This document shows positions 39,878-50,753 of a stretch of 64,000 nt of DNA, in pieces. Every line of letters starts with the position of its first letter. The stretch's first letter is position 1. The DNA lies in NCBI GenBank assembly GCA_963662465.1, contig OY759599.1:1632001-1696000 (forward strand), given 5' to 3'. The position numbers and the translations under genes were made by a program. This DNA comes from Desulfatiglandales bacterium (GTDB lineage: Bacteria > Desulfobacterota > DSM-4660 > Desulfatiglandales > Desulfatiglandaceae). The notes beneath the pieces are model-generated. The model was not told the DNA's origin and ran no database searches. It saw nothing but the letters and a program-made list of their open reading frames with translations.

Positions 39878-41692
39878 ATGAACCCAACCTATAAAAATAT
39901 TGCTATTTCGATCATGATCGGGCTTTTGCTGCTCATGCTGTTTCGGGGATTCAACGAACCCGTAAGCAGCGCCTCCATTGATTACAGCGACTTTTTGAGA
40001 ATGGTCGAGAGCGAAAGCGTTACCCAGGTCATGATTCAGGGGGACGACATATCCGGTCTGAGTGCTAAGGGACCTTTCAATACATTCGCTCCGGATGATC
40101 CCAACCTTATTCAGTTGCTCAAGCGCAAAGGAGTGAAGATATCGGCAAAACCCCAGGAAGGAGACTCATGGTACAGCGTCATCCTTTCCTGGGTCCCGAT
40201 GCTTTTAATGATCGGTGTTTGGATATTCTTCATGCGCCGGATGCAGGGCGGCAATGGAAATCCACTATCCTTTGGGAAAAGCAAAGCAAAGCTCATGCCG
40301 GATTCCCAAGGGAAAGTCACCTTCGAGGATGTGGCGGGAATCGATGAGGCCAGGGATGAATTACAGGAAATTGTCGACTTCCTAAAGGATCCTGGAAAAT
40401 TCACCCGGCTGGGGGGAAGAATACCGAAAGGGGTTCTTCTTGTGGGGGCGCCGGGTACGGGTAAGACGTTACTGGCAAGGGCCATCGCCGGTGTGGCGGA
40501 TGTTCCCTTTTTCACCATGAGCGGGTCGGATTTTGTAGAGATGTTTGTGGGAGTGGGTGCGTCAAGGGTCCGAGACCTTTTTAAGCAAGGCAAAAAAAAT
40601 GCTCCCTGTATCATATTTATAGATGAGATCGATGCGGTGGGTCGGCGCCGGGGCGCCGGTTTGGGCGGTGGACATGACGAAAAAGAACAGACCCTCAATC
40701 AGCTTCTGGTGGAGATGGATGGCTTCGAATCTAATGAAGGGGTCATTCTGATATCCGCCACAAACAGGCCCGATGTGCTGGATCCCGCCCTGTTGAGAGC
40801 CGGGCGATTTGACAGACAGATCGTCGTTTCCGTTCCCGATATAATGGGGCGGGTGGGCATCCTGAACGTACATGTCAGAAAAATTCCCCTGGCCGATGAT
40901 GTTGATATCAAGGTCCTTGCGAGAGGAACCCCCGGTTTTACCGGCGCTGATATTGAAAATATGGTCAATGAGGCCGCCCTGATGGCAGCCAGACGCGGAA
41001 AGGACAGGGTGGGGATGGTCGACCTTGAAGACGCCAAGGACAAGGTTATGATGGGGCCTGAGCGGAAAAGTATGATCATCAGTGAAGAGGGGAAAAAGAC
41101 CATGGCTTATCACGAGGCGGGACATACCCTTGTGGCAAGGCTTCTTCCCGGTACGGATCCCATTCACAAGGTAACCATTATTCCCCGGGGGCGATCCCTT
41201 GGCCTGACCCAGCAGCTCCCCATATCCGAAAAGCACACCTATCCTAAAGATGACTTGCTGAACAATCTTTGTATTTTGATGGGGGGCAGGGCTACGGAAG
41301 AGATAATATTCAATACGCAAACAACAGGATCGGAAAATGATATTAGAAATGCATCCGAACTTGCCAGAAGAATGGTCTGTGAGTATGGCATGAGCGAAGA
41401 ACTGGGTCCGCTGGCCTTTGGTCGAAAGGAAGGGCCGATATTTCTTGGCATGGAGCATACCCGGCGCAGGGATTACAGTCGGATGACGGCGCAAAAGATC
41501 GATCAGGAAGTCATGGCTATGGTAATGGCAGGCTACCAAGGAGCATTAGGGCTCGTTAAAGATAATTTGGATACCCTTCACAAGATAGCTGACGCCCTTT
41601 TGGAGAAAGAGACATTGGACAGTCGTGAGATCGACGAATTAATGGCGGGTGGGAAAAAGCTCGTAAAGGAAGGGGTAAGCAGTAAAAGATAG
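39878..41692 (+). CDS. ftsH: ATP-dependent zinc metalloprotease FtsH
   Basis: 2 [39 protein letters not shown]. Confidence 0.96.
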   Translation: MNPTYKNIAISIMIGLLLLMLFRGFNEPVSSASIDYSDFLRMVESESVTQVMIQGDDISGLSAKGPFNTFAPDDPNLIQLLKRKGVKISAKPQEGDSWYSVILSWVPMLLMIGVWIFFMRRMQGGNGNPLSFGKSKAKLMPDSQGKVTFEDVAGIDEARDELQEIVDFLKDPGKFTRLGGRIPKGVLLVGAPGTGKTLLARAIAGVADVPFFTMSGSDFVEMFVGVGASRVRDLFKQGKKNAPCIIFIDEIDAVGRRRGAGLGGGHDEKEQTLNQLLVEMDGFESNEGVILISATNRPDVLDPALLRAGRFDRQIVVSVPDIMGRVGILNVHVRKIPLADDVDIKVLARGTPGFTGADIENMVNEAALMAARRGKDRVGMVDLEDAKDKVMMGPERKSMIISEEGKKTMAYHEAGHTLVARLLPGTDPIHKVTIIPRGRSLGLTQQLPISEKHTYPKDDLLNNLCILMGGRATEEIIFNTQTTGSENDIRNASELARRMVCEYGMSEELGPLAFGRKEGPIFLGMEHTRRRDYSRMTAQKIDQEVMAMVMAGYQGALGLVKDNLDTLHKIADALLEKETLDSREIDELMAGGKKLVKEGVSSKR

Positions 41693-41793
41693 GTGGGACG
41701 ATTCTAATGGGCGAAAGTTGAATGGTTTGAAGCATCTTGGTCTTCGCAAGCATTAAAGATTAATTTTATAAGGAGACAGATCTTCCTCCGTAT

Positions 41794-41819
41794 CGCCGCA
41801 CGGCTTTAGTCGTGCGGCG
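41794..41819. repeat. Hairpin resembling an IS200/IS605 subterminal or REP palindrome
   Basis: cgccgcacggc-ttta-gtcgtgcggcg between convergent genes. Confidence 0.55.
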
Positions 41820-41958
41820 TTGAAGGGGCGTCCAATCGTGTCCGTCTAAGGGTGTCGATGAACAAAGATTTCCCTCAACGCCGGGAGTGGGAGAGAAAAG
41901 GGAGGGGCGTTGGGGTGGATGCAAAAGAGGTGTGTGCGTGAGGCTTTCTGTTTCACGT

Positions 41959-42645
41959 TTATTTGGCCCGAATGATCCCGGATCGTATGACAGTCTTGTC
42001 TTTGGCGATGAAGGTCCCCTTTATCTCGGTCACGCCACCTTTGTTGTCGTTAAAGTCGGCATCATAGCCAAACTCGATATACAGGGTTTTTCCTGCATCT
42101 ACGTTTGTATCGGCGGAAAGATTTCCCGCCACTTTTATGAGAGTGTCGCTCTCCACGGAACTTACGGCCTCACTGAGGGTTGAATAACAGGGATTATTGT
42201 CCCCGCACCCGTCAGCACTCACATAGGCGATTTCCTGATCCCTGTATGTTGCCGTTACGGTTATGAGGTTTTCCGGCATGGTCACGGTGGTGGCTGCCCT
42301 CGTTACATCAGCCACACGAGCCGTATCCCCGGTCCACACCGCAAAGACCTTTCCAGCGGCAGGGGCATTGGCGGAAATGTTCACCACCGTTCCCGCTTTA
42401 TATTCCCCGCCCCCTGTTCCGTTGTTTACGGTCAGAGTGTACGTGGTGACTGCTCCCTGCACCGTCCTTTGGAGCAGGTTGCCGTTGTTGTCGTAGGTAT
42501 AGGCGATGCTTCTGCCGCTGCCGTAGTCGGCGGCGGTGAGGCGGCCGGTGGTGTCGTAGGTGTAGGTGATACTGCCGGCGTGGGCCAGAGGGGCCACGAG
42601 GCAGAGCAGCAGTGTCCAAAAAAGCGATATGGCATGGTGTTTCAT
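41959..42645 (-). CDS. Small exported YD-hairpin protein with InlB-B-like repeat and the shared C-terminal domain
   Basis: Signal peptide ending AHA; ITYTYDTTGRL..YTYDNNGNL; LTVNNGTG..WTG..TMP..VTATY; ends AYVSADGCGDNNPCY...SGIIRAK. Confidence 0.85.
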   Translation of the reverse strand: MKHHAISLFWTLLLCLVAPLAHAGSITYTYDTTGRLTAADYGSGRSIAYTYDNNGNLLQRTVQGAVTTYTLTVNNGTGGGEYKAGTVVNISANAPAAGKVFAVWTGDTARVADVTRAATTVTMPENLITVTATYRDQEIAYVSADGCGDNNPCYSTLSEAVSSVESDTLIKVAGNLSADTNVDAGKTLYIEFGYDADFNDNKGGVTEIKGTFIAKDKTVIRSGIIRAK

Positions 42646-42812
42646 CCTGTTCGTTCCTTTCTCATCTGACGTTTTGCTCTGGCGTTGGATTCGGGCGCGT
42701 GTTTGTGGGCTCATTGTTCGCTTCCCTGTCTAAGTTTGGGGGCGATGACGTGCTTACGGCCGTCGGTGTCTTCCCAGCCATGGAAGAGTAGTTTGACCTC
42801 GGCCGGACCGCT

Positions 42813-45800
42813 TTACTGTTCATCCAGGAAGCGGTTGGCTTCCTGCCAGAACAGGGCCCAGGCCGCCGGCTTTTCGCCGCTGCTGATGTTCGCTCTAGCG
42901 GCGTCGAGCGCTCGAGACTGGGGTTGATTAAATGAAGAAGTCTGAATAACATTGGGGGTATCCGCAGCAAAAGAAACAGGCTTTACGGTCTGACTTTCAG
43001 GATTGTTGCAGAACTCATTTCTGATGTTGGCATCAGGTTTTTCTACTGCTTTGCCACCCTTTGGCTTTTCTAATTTTGCATTCCACCCAGCTTTAGGAAT
43101 ATCAGGTCGTTTACCGGCCTTTTTTAATTCAAGTTGCTTTTTGTGGATCTTATTCAAAAACTTAATGGCTCTTTCCCTGTCATTCCATTTGAATCCATCA
43201 AAGTTCTTTGCTTCAATCAAACCTCGTTGGATTATTGCCAAGATTTTCAACCTTTCTTCAAATGAAAGTCGATCCCACGCATTCAATAAATGTTCTTCGT
43301 GATCCTGGAATTCAAAATTCATGTATAGCATCATATTAAACGCAATCAGCGATAGCGTATCACTAGAGTCACCTCCATCATAAGCAAAGCGACCAGTTAT
43401 ATCTATTAATGTTAGCGGATTATTCAGGGCATATTGATATGGGTTGAGCGCCATGGGAGAATCCAGCAATGGCCATAGTGGTTCCCTGGACATAAATCTT
43501 CCTAAATTCGCATGGTAGTATCGTGCCCTCATCTGATACAGACCGTTGCTTCCCTCCTGCCGCACCTGCAAGGTACCCACAAAGGTGAAGGGTTGATCGC
43601 TGGTTCCTTCATGGGCCAGAAGTTTTCCGTAGGGGCTGTAAGCGTATGTGTCGGTAATGTCGCCGGCGGGGTTGGTGAGAAAGAGCGTATTGCCGATATG
43701 ATCGTAGTAGTAGAAAGCGACGCCATTGTCGTTGGCCGCTTCAATCAGATAAATGAGCTTTCCACCCGGAGTCAGGACGTAGAAGCGTTTCCAGGAACTT
43801 GCGGTCTCGTTGTATTCGGCCACCAGCGGCTTATTGCCCATTGCATAATTATAATAGTAATGAACAGTCGTAACATCCTGTTGCCGGGTGACCAGGTTAT
43901 TCAGGCCGTTGTAAGTCAGATTGGCATAGGCGGTGGCGGTCAGCCGGGTGGCACCGTCCCAGGTATAGGTCTGGCCGGGGGAGGCGGTCTGTCGGCCCTG
44001 ATTGTCATATGCATATCCAGCGGTCGTGACCTGGGATGCCGCATCAAATGTGAGGCTGTCCGTGCCTGACGTCAGGTACTCCGCCGGGTCCAGGGGCAGA
44101 TTGTATTCCAGCCGGGTTATCTCGCCAGCCGCGTTGTGAGTGTACTGCAAGTCGGCCAGAGCGCCGTGCTGAAGGCGGGTCAGACGGGAAGCGGCGTCCC
44201 AGGTGAAAGTGGTATTGATCCCGTTTGGGCGGGTTACTCCAGTAAGGCGGCCGTCGTTGTCGTAAGTGAAGTCGATGGTCGTTCCGGTCAGGCTGTCTGT
44301 GACGCGGGTAAGCAGGTCGCGGGCATCATAGGTGTAGGTCACGGCAAACAGATCATTGGCATAGGTGACTGTCTTGAGCCTGCCCCCGTCATCGTATGTC
44401 GCGCCGAAAGTGGTTCCGGGATTGGTGGTGGCCGTGACCTGGCCGGTTTCGTTGTAAGTGAAGGCGATGTCTTCCGCACTGAGGAGCCGGTTCTGGTTGT
44501 CATAGGTGAAATTCAGGTCCGGACCGGCGGAATACAGGCTTCGTAAGAGGTTGCCCGCATCATCATAGGTCCGGGTCTGGGTGGGACCACCCGGATAGGT
44601 AACCTGATTGAGCCTCCCCCGTGTGTCGTAGTCATACTCCCACAGCTTGCTCAGGGGGTCGGTCAGGCTCGCCAGCCGACCCATGTTGGTGTAGCTGAAA
44701 TTCCAGACACTTCCCTTGAGGTCTGTGATCCGATCCATCACGCCCAGACCGTTGCGTCGGTAGGTGGCGGCCCCGACCAGAGGGAGGGTCACTCCGGTCA
44801 GTCGGCCCGCGTTGTCGTACGAAAACGAGGTCTCCCGGGTGAGCGCGTCAGTTATTTTGGTCACGCGGGACATCTCATTCCGCGTGAAGGCGGTTTCCTG
44901 CTCCAGGGGATTTTTGATCTTACTGATGTGGCCCAGGGCGTCTCGGGTGATGGTGGTAGTCCGACCCAGGGGCGTGCTTTCGGAGGTGGGCAGACCCTCG
45001 TTGTCAAAGCCCGTGGTCCATTCATGCCCGCCGCCGTCCGTGACCTTATCCATCCATCCTCGGGAGTTGTATCCATACTGGATGGTGTTGCCGTTGGGAT
45101 CGGTGACCGACTGCTGCCGGTTCATATTGTCGTAGGCGTACTGACTTTTCTTGCCCCGGGCATTGGTGACTTCATCCACCCGGTCCATGAAATCATGTCT
45201 GAACAGGGTCTGCTTGGTGTCTGGATCGGTAATGGCGTTCAGGTTGCCGTTGGCGTCGTAGGCGTAATCATATTTTTTTCCGCGCTCATCAGTTATGGAT
45301 GTGACCTGGTTGTTGAGATCATAAGCGATCAGCACGGTCGCCCCCCCGGGCCGGGTGATCCGGGTCAGGCGCTTGTACGCATCATAGATGTAGGTGGTTA
45401 CGCCGGTGTCGGAATCCGTGGACGAGGCCAGGGTAGCGTCGTCGACATCGTAAGTATAGGTGGTCACGCCGCCTTCGGGATTGGTGGCTGTGAGGACCTG
45501 GCCGCGGTGATTGCAGGTGTAATTCCAGGTCTTGCCGGTCCGATCCGTATGGGCGGTCATATTCCCTTTGGCATCATAGGTAAACGTCTCCGATGTTTCG
45601 TCCGGATAGTCGATTTTCGTCAGATTGTAGAAGGTGAAATCTACAGTGTTGGCTGGGGTGTCGGGGTCGGCAACGGTCTGGGTCTGGGTCGTGTAGGTAA
45701 AGGTCAGGATCTTGCCGTCCGCGTTGGTAATGGCAGCCAGCTTGCCGGTGGGTTCATGGTAGGTGACCTGGGTGGCGCCGCCAGTGCGGTCGGTCATGGC

Positions 45801-47030
45801 CGTGACCTGGTTGCGGTCGTTTTTGGTCAGGACAAGCGGGTTTCCCTCGGCGTCGGTGAATTGGCTGGGCGGCACGTGGGCGTCGTTGTGGGCGTAGGCA
45901 CCGGTGCTGCTATCCGGATACGTGGCCCGGGTCACGTAGGGGTCCTCGTTATAGCTGAAAGTGGTCTCGTTGCCGTCGGCATCCTTCTGGCTGACCACCT
46001 TGATGCCGTAAAGGGGGTCGCCTTCTGCGTTCTTGTATCCCACATAGTCCCAGACATTTTGAAAATGGAAATAGGTCCCGCCTTTCGGGTTCTCCACTTT
46101 GGCCAGATTGTCGTAGTGGGTGCCGGAACTGGCGACCACGCTCCAGCGAAAGGTATGGGTGTTGCCCAGGGCATCGGTGATGGCGCGCAGGGCGGGCTGG
46201 TTGTTCATGTCTGCGGCGACTGTGTCATAAGCAAAGGTCACGGTGCGCGGATTGGCCGCGTCGGTGCGGTCGGAAATTTGGTATAAATAGCTTTGGCTGC
46301 TGAACGTGTCGTATGCAAACCGCAGCGTGCGGCCCAGGCCGTCGGTGATTTCCGCGATCCGTCCCCCATCGTAGGTGTAACTTAATTTATTGCCGTTGCG
46401 GTCCATGACATAGACAAGCTTTCCTTCCTCCCCGTAACCCGCTGCATAGTCATACACCAGGAGCCGGTCCCGCGACGGGTCCAGGATCCAGAAGCGGTTG
46501 ACTGGATTCCCGCTGGTGGCCGCGGAATAACGGATCGGCAAGGCATTTTCCCGGTAGCCTGCCGTATCCACTTCATTGAGCGCCCAGGTATCGCCGGTTT
46601 TGAGAAAGGATGCCTTTTCCCCGCCCGGGAGGATGACGTCATACCCGGATGTATCCCAGTTGACCGAGGCGGACAGGGGCGGCAGCCAGAAATAATTGGC
46701 ACCTCCATGGGTGGGGAAATAGTTTCGGGTCTCGCTCCACCAGTTGAAAATGGCCCGGTTGTATTTCAGGGCGCAGGACAGCCCCATGGGGCCGCCCAGG
46801 TTGAACAGGGGCAAGGCGTAATCAATGGACCCGCTGCCCGTGACTATGGGATCGCCACTCTTGAAATCATTTTCACCGATCAGGGTGTTGATGCTGCTGT
46901 AGCCGTTTTCGAAGTGGATTAGGGTAGCAAAAAGGGGATAGGGCCAGGCCAGGATGACCAGGGCGATTAACCCGGCCGCTCGCTGGGCGGCCCGACAAAA
47001 AAAGCTTTTTCTTTCTAATGGGTGTTTCAT
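42813..47030 (-). CDS. Sec-signal Rhs/YD-repeat protein with variable C-terminal domain
   Basis: Signal peptide; GDPI motif; many YD repeats; core YYYDHIGN..YSPYG..RARYY..GRF..NPYQYALNNPLTLIDITG; about 190-aa C-terminal region. Confidence 0.93.
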   Translation of the reverse strand: MKHPLERKSFFCRAAQRAAGLIALVILAWPYPLFATLIHFENGYSSINTLIGENDFKSGDPIVTGSGSIDYALPLFNLGGPMGLSCALKYNRAIFNWWSETRNYFPTHGGANYFWLPPLSASVNWDTSGYDVILPGGEKASFLKTGDTWALNEVDTAGYRENALPIRYSAATSGNPVNRFWILDPSRDRLLVYDYAAGYGEEGKLVYVMDRNGNKLSYTYDGGRIAEITDGLGRTLRFAYDTFSSQSYLYQISDRTDAANPRTVTFAYDTVAADMNNQPALRAITDALGNTHTFRWSVVASSGTHYDNLAKVENPKGGTYFHFQNVWDYVGYKNAEGDPLYGIKVVSQKDADGNETTFSYNEDPYVTRATYPDSSTGAYAHNDAHVPPSQFTDAEGNPLVLTKNDRNQVTAMTDRTGGATQVTYHEPTGKLAAITNADGKILTFTYTTQTQTVADPDTPANTVDFTFYNLTKIDYPDETSETFTYDAKGNMTAHTDRTGKTWNYTCNHRGQVLTATNPEGGVTTYTYDVDDATLASSTDSDTGVTTYIYDAYKRLTRITRPGGATVLIAYDLNNQVTSITDERGKKYDYAYDANGNLNAITDPDTKQTLFRHDFMDRVDEVTNARGKKSQYAYDNMNRQQSVTDPNGNTIQYGYNSRGWMDKVTDGGGHEWTTGFDNEGLPTSESTPLGRTTTITRDALGHISKIKNPLEQETAFTRNEMSRVTKITDALTRETSFSYDNAGRLTGVTLPLVGAATYRRNGLGVMDRITDLKGSVWNFSYTNMGRLASLTDPLSKLWEYDYDTRGRLNQVTYPGGPTQTRTYDDAGNLLRSLYSAGPDLNFTYDNQNRLLSAEDIAFTYNETGQVTATTNPGTTFGATYDDGGRLKTVTYANDLFAVTYTYDARDLLTRVTDSLTGTTIDFTYDNDGRLTGVTRPNGINTTFTWDAASRLTRLQHGALADLQYTHNAAGEITRLEYNLPLDPAEYLTSGTDSLTFDAASQVTTAGYAYDNQGRQTASPGQTYTWDGATRLTATAYANLTYNGLNNLVTRQQDVTTVHYYYNYAMGNKPLVAEYNETASSWKRFYVLTPGGKLIYLIEAANDNGVAFYYYDHIGNTLFLTNPAGDITDTYAYSPYGKLLAHEGTSDQPFTFVGTLQVRQEGSNGLYQMRARYYHANLGRFMSREPLWPLLDSPMALNPYQYALNNPLTLIDITGRFAYDGGDSSDTLSLIAFNMMLYMNFEFQDHEEHLLNAWDRLSFEERLKILAIIQRGLIEAKNFDGFKWNDRERAIKFLNKIHKKQLELKKAGKRPDIPKAGWNAKLEKPKGGKAVEKPDANIRNEFCNNPESQTVKPVSFAADTPNVIQTSSFNQPQSRALDAARANISSGEKPAAWALFWQEANRFLDEQ

Positions 47031-47039
47031 GTTTCCTCC

Positions 47040-47438
47040 TTATAAAATGGAACTCTTCAAGGGTCGGCTCTTTTCAGAAATCAGCCTTGCAATTGTGAGT
47101 GGGAGTTCATCGAACAAAGCATCCTGAGCCATGCAGACGTCGGCTCGGAAATCTGGACGAAGGGCGTATATTTCCGGTCCGTAGGGGATGTAAACGATAA
47201 TTTTCATGTCAGGAGTTTGGGCTTTAATCTTCCGGCAGGCCTCCAGTCCGTCCAGACCCGGGAGCTGGACCTTCATGAGTACGAGGTCCGGGGCCAGGTC
47301 CTCCGCAAAGGCCACGGCGTCCGGACCGTTTGCGGCCATGCCCACGACAACGGCCATGCAGTTTTCTTCCAGGTGGGCCTTCAGGGCACGCCGGAAAAAG
47401 GGGTAATCATCGGCGATGAGGGTGCGGATACGGTGCAT
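47040..47438 (-). CDS. Receiver-only NarL-type protein with non-canonical phospho-site
   Basis: LIADD, PDLVLMKVQLPGLDG (Lys at the Asp site); 9 bp upstream of the rhs start. Confidence 0.8.
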   Translation of the reverse strand: MHRIRTLIADDYPFFRRALKAHLEENCMAVVVGMAANGPDAVAFAEDLAPDLVLMKVQLPGLDGLEACRKIKAQTPDMKIIVYIPYGPEIYALRPDFRADVCMAQDALFDELPLTIARLISEKSRPLKSSIL

Positions 47439-47495
47439 GTTGGATAAGGCCTTCCAAATTCAAGTTGATGCGTCAGAACTCAAATGCCGGGTTGG

Positions 47496-47540
47496 ATCAT
47501 TTCAATCCCGGGCAGGAATGTCAATCAGGTGAATCCTGTA
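47496..47540 (-). promoter_or_regulatory. Sigma70 promoter candidate with adjacent palindromic operator
   Basis: TTGACA (47524-47519), 17-bp spacer, AATGAT; TACAGGATTCACCTGA abuts the -35; conserved at 58939-58983. Confidence 0.6.
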
Positions 47541-47614
47541 TTTTTGAAAAAAAATAGGCTTGAAAACTTGAATCGCCCGAATGAAACGAATCGGTCGCGG
47601 CATGGTGGAAGGGT

Positions 47615-48095
47615 TTATATCAGGCCATGGGCCGCGGCATAGCGCACCAGATCGGCGGTGGTGTGGATGTTGAGCTTTTGCATGATATGGGTACGGTGGG
47701 TGTCTACGGTCTTGATGCTGATGTGCAGGATTTTGGCAATTTTCTTGTTACTGCGGCCCAATGAAATACGTTTCAGAACTTCCAGTTCCCGCGGCGTCAA
47801 TCGGGATTTGTTTGCGTTGCCTGTTGCGCCACCCGCGGACAACCGGGATGCAACCGCCGGGCTCACATAGGTTTCCCCTTTTCCCACGGTCTTTAGGGCG
47901 GTCATCAATTCGTCAAAGGTGTTTTCCTTGAGGAGAAAACCGTTCGCCCCCGCTTCCATGGCCTGTTGCAACAGGTCCGGGCCCGTGAGCATGGTCAACA
48001 GAAGAATCTTGACGGGCAGACCCTGTTCTTGAAGGATTTGCGCGATCTCCATGCCGGAAAAGAGCATGATCGTCGGCAAGAACAATACGCATCAT
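47615..48095 (-). pseudogene. NarL/LuxR-family response regulator with internal deletion and frameshift
   Basis: MMRIVLADDHALF jumps out of frame to SGMEIAQ...; HTH LTPRELEVL..GRSNK.IA..HRTHIMQKL is intact. Confidence 0.8.
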
Positions 48096-48779
48096 GGCAT
48101 GGGGACCTCCACCTCGATGGCACATCCCTTTCCCTGGTCGCCCTGGATACGAATTTAACCCGCCGGGCTTCCGCATGCTTTTCCACATTGTGAAGGGCCT
48201 CCTGAACGATCCGGTGTAAATTTTCCCGATGGTCACCATCAGAAAGGCCATGCCCAGATCGCCGGGGGAAACGGGCCAAGCTATGCCAGTGACCCCCGAA
48301 GGAGTCCATTCGACCATCATGCCCGCCACAAGTCCGAGTATTCCCACGAGTACGGGTCCGGAGCCTTGCCTGTGACGAAGGAAGGCACGCACGGTCAGAA
48401 ACAGGGCTGTTCCCCCTGTACAGGCAGCCACCACAAAAAAGACCGTCAGCAGACAGGCGTAGGTTTTCAGCCCCGGAAGTAAAAAAAATGCAATGCTCAG
48501 TATGACTGAAGCAGCCATAAGCACGGTGATCCACAGCCCCCGGGAATGCGGATAAAGGTTCACGACAAATAACAGCCCGGCAGCGGGCAGAAGACAGGTC
48601 ATAACGAAGATCGCGCGCTGCACCGGGGGCGATTTGAGTCCCGCCGCGTTATACAGATACAGACTTTCCAGAACAAAAAGGGCCATATAGAGCCCCAGGA
48701 AAAGGGTAAAGGAGAGATAGTCCGGGCTTCTGACCTTCTGAGTAAACGCCATGTTATCCAAGGCCGGCTTCCAAGTCAA
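48092..48779 (-). pseudogene. Degraded multi-TM NarX-type histidine kinase
   Basis: TM segments, then out-of-frame fragments LHRIVQEALHNVEKHA and GKGCAIEVEVP* overlapping the regulator ATG. Confidence 0.7.
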
Positions 48780-49339
48780 TGCACAACTATTGCGATTCCG
48801 GCAATTGCAGTTTTGAGCTGAAAGAGAAAGATATTTTTCACACGCTGGTTGCCGCCAAGCAAACGGATTTGAACAAACAGATTATTACCCGCATCGTGCG
48901 GGATCAAAAAAGCAAATTCCTTGCGACCGATTTTATCCTATAACGAAACCCCTTAAGTGCGCGGATGCATAAGCCCGGACTCGTCTGCCAGGGGACCCAA
49001 AGGCGGGATTAAGATCCGACGACGCTCCCCCAAAGGCCACCCTCAATATATGGAGGTTCCACCAAATATTGAGGAGAAACCAACCCTTCTATGCGCTGCG
49101 CTACTCTCTCCTGTTAACCTAAAGACCTGTTATTAATCCATTAATCATAAATATTGCCGATTCGCGGTTGTTGGCAGGATAGTTGCATTTCCAATTCTTG
49201 AGCAGAATATTTGCAATAACTATTCGCATGAGTTTGATCATCATACGAACGTCGGATCTTACATTTGAGCGTATCGGTGATCTGGTCAACTACAATTTAC
49301 CCGCGTTGCTCGGCGTTGTTAAAACCGACGATGCACTTA

Positions 49340-50753
49340 GGGAATTCCCAAGAAATAAACTACCCAACTCCAGATTCAATAAGTACATCCCATTTGGGCA
49401 GTGTGTCGGAACGTTTAATTCTGTTTTCGTAAGGTTTCATTTCTTTTTTTGTAAGCCGGATTCCCTTCTTATATGCCTTTTCCACCAAAGTGACAATGGG
49501 CTTTATCCCTTTCCATGTCATCGTAGATGCCCAATTGACTGCTTTTGATATTGAATCCAATATTTCTCCGTTCCAATGTCCCTCCAATATTCCCCAACAT
49601 CTTTCAACCGGATTGTACTTACTATGATAGGGAGGATAATAAACCAGGCGGATTCGCAAACCTGTTTTGTCACTGAATTCGGTCATTCTGCGAATGAATT
49701 GAGTCCGACCGCTTGCTGAATTCGGACCATTGTCAAGATTGATAACCAACTCGTTTATATGAAGATAGGTAATTCTGTTTTTTTCCCACCACATCTCTAA
49801 ACAGTCAACGATGAAATCACTTGTTTCAAAAGATGTGCCGAAAAAAATAGAAAGCATTCCGCTCAAAACGTCAAGAATACCGTACGGAACCAATTTCATT
49901 TCGGGATTCATATCATGGTCTTCAGCTTTCTTCGCTTCCCGATCCCGTGACTTTCCGTTTCTTGAGAACTCGCCTATATTCACTTTTGCCTTGGCATCAA
50001 TAGAAATCCGATGAGAGTTGGGATTCTCATCAGAGTCACGGTTTGCCTTCCATACATTTTCAAATATTTCATCGACCTGTTTTATCTTTTTCGCAGGTTT
50101 GGATTTCAGGACTCGTTTCAGGTTGTATCCCATGCGGTTCAACATGTTGATCAGAGTGTTGTTAGAGGGAAGATCCTCACCGTCGTATCCTTTCTCATCA
50201 ATCAGTGCCTTTTTGAGAGCTTTTCCTGTAATTCTTGTATATGTGATAGAGCTTTTCATGGCAGGGTCCGCCTGAGTTTGAGGTTCTGCAAAGGATATTA
50301 TGTCTTCTTTAATACCGGGAATCGTGTCTTCTGTTTTCTTTTTTCCCCGTCCCTCAAAATTATCCATGCATCTGATCCCGCTTTCGGCTTCTTTAAGGCC
50401 TTTTGTTACACACTCTCTCCCCCATCCCATCTCCCGTTCGGCTTTGTATGCACTCCCGTTGAAATATTTCCTGGTAATGTCGGCCTGATATGCTCTTCTT
50501 TTGTAACCAGTCAGTCGTCTGCATGCATCTTTTATCAGATTTTTTGTTTCTCCGTTCATTCTTTTTACCCGTTACTTTTTTCAATGTATGAATTTCATGT
50601 CTTTCATACATTATGCTCATACCACCTCCTTCAATTTTTGTCCCCTCATTTTTTTAAATTGCGTTTCAATGCAAATAAAGATTCTGATGCATTTATCTTT
50701 TCAGGATAACATTATGTTTGAAATAATGCGTAGGTTATTTCTTGGGAATTCCC
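49340..50753 (-). mobile_element. ISAzo13-family insertion sequence
   Basis: Perfect terminal IR gggaattcccaagaaataa (49340-49358 / 50735-50753), flanked by TA on both sides. Confidence 0.9.
49360..50559 (-). CDS. ISAzo13-family DDE transposase
   Basis: ISIDAK, DHD, NLDNGP, YYPPYHSKYNPVERCW; AT-rich. Confidence 0.92.
   Translation of the reverse strand: MNGETKNLIKDACRRLTGYKRRAYQADITRKYFNGSAYKAEREMGWGRECVTKGLKEAESGIRCMDNFEGRGKKKTEDTIPGIKEDIISFAEPQTQADPAMKSSITYTRITGKALKKALIDEKGYDGEDLPSNNTLINMLNRMGYNLKRVLKSKPAKKIKQVDEIFENVWKANRDSDENPNSHRISIDAKAKVNIGEFSRNGKSRDREAKKAEDHDMNPEMKLVPYGILDVLSGMLSIFFGTSFETSDFIVDCLEMWWEKNRITYLHINELVINLDNGPNSASGRTQFIRRMTEFSDKTGLRIRLVYYPPYHSKYNPVERCWGILEGHWNGEILDSISKAVNWASTMTWKGIKPIVTLVEKAYKKGIRLTKKEMKPYENRIKRSDTLPKWDVLIESGVG

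Noticed and set aside
42662..42970. 102-aa ORF as a candidate Rhs immunity gene
   Set aside because: Overlaps the rhs 3' end out of frame, has no RBS, and its composition is not protein-like
44928..46286. Long + strand ORF (452 aa) and similar antisense ORFs such as 33509-34642, 40562-41539 and 59010-60059
   Set aside because: Shadow frames opposite well-supported genes, with no motifs of their own
48940..49035. GC-rich stretch that might be a structured ncRNA or riboswitch
   Set aside because: No recognisable family motif by eye; an Infernal/Rfam search would be needed
49044..49071. NrdR-box-like pair
   Set aside because: Mismatches to the consensus and no ribonucleotide reductase gene nearby
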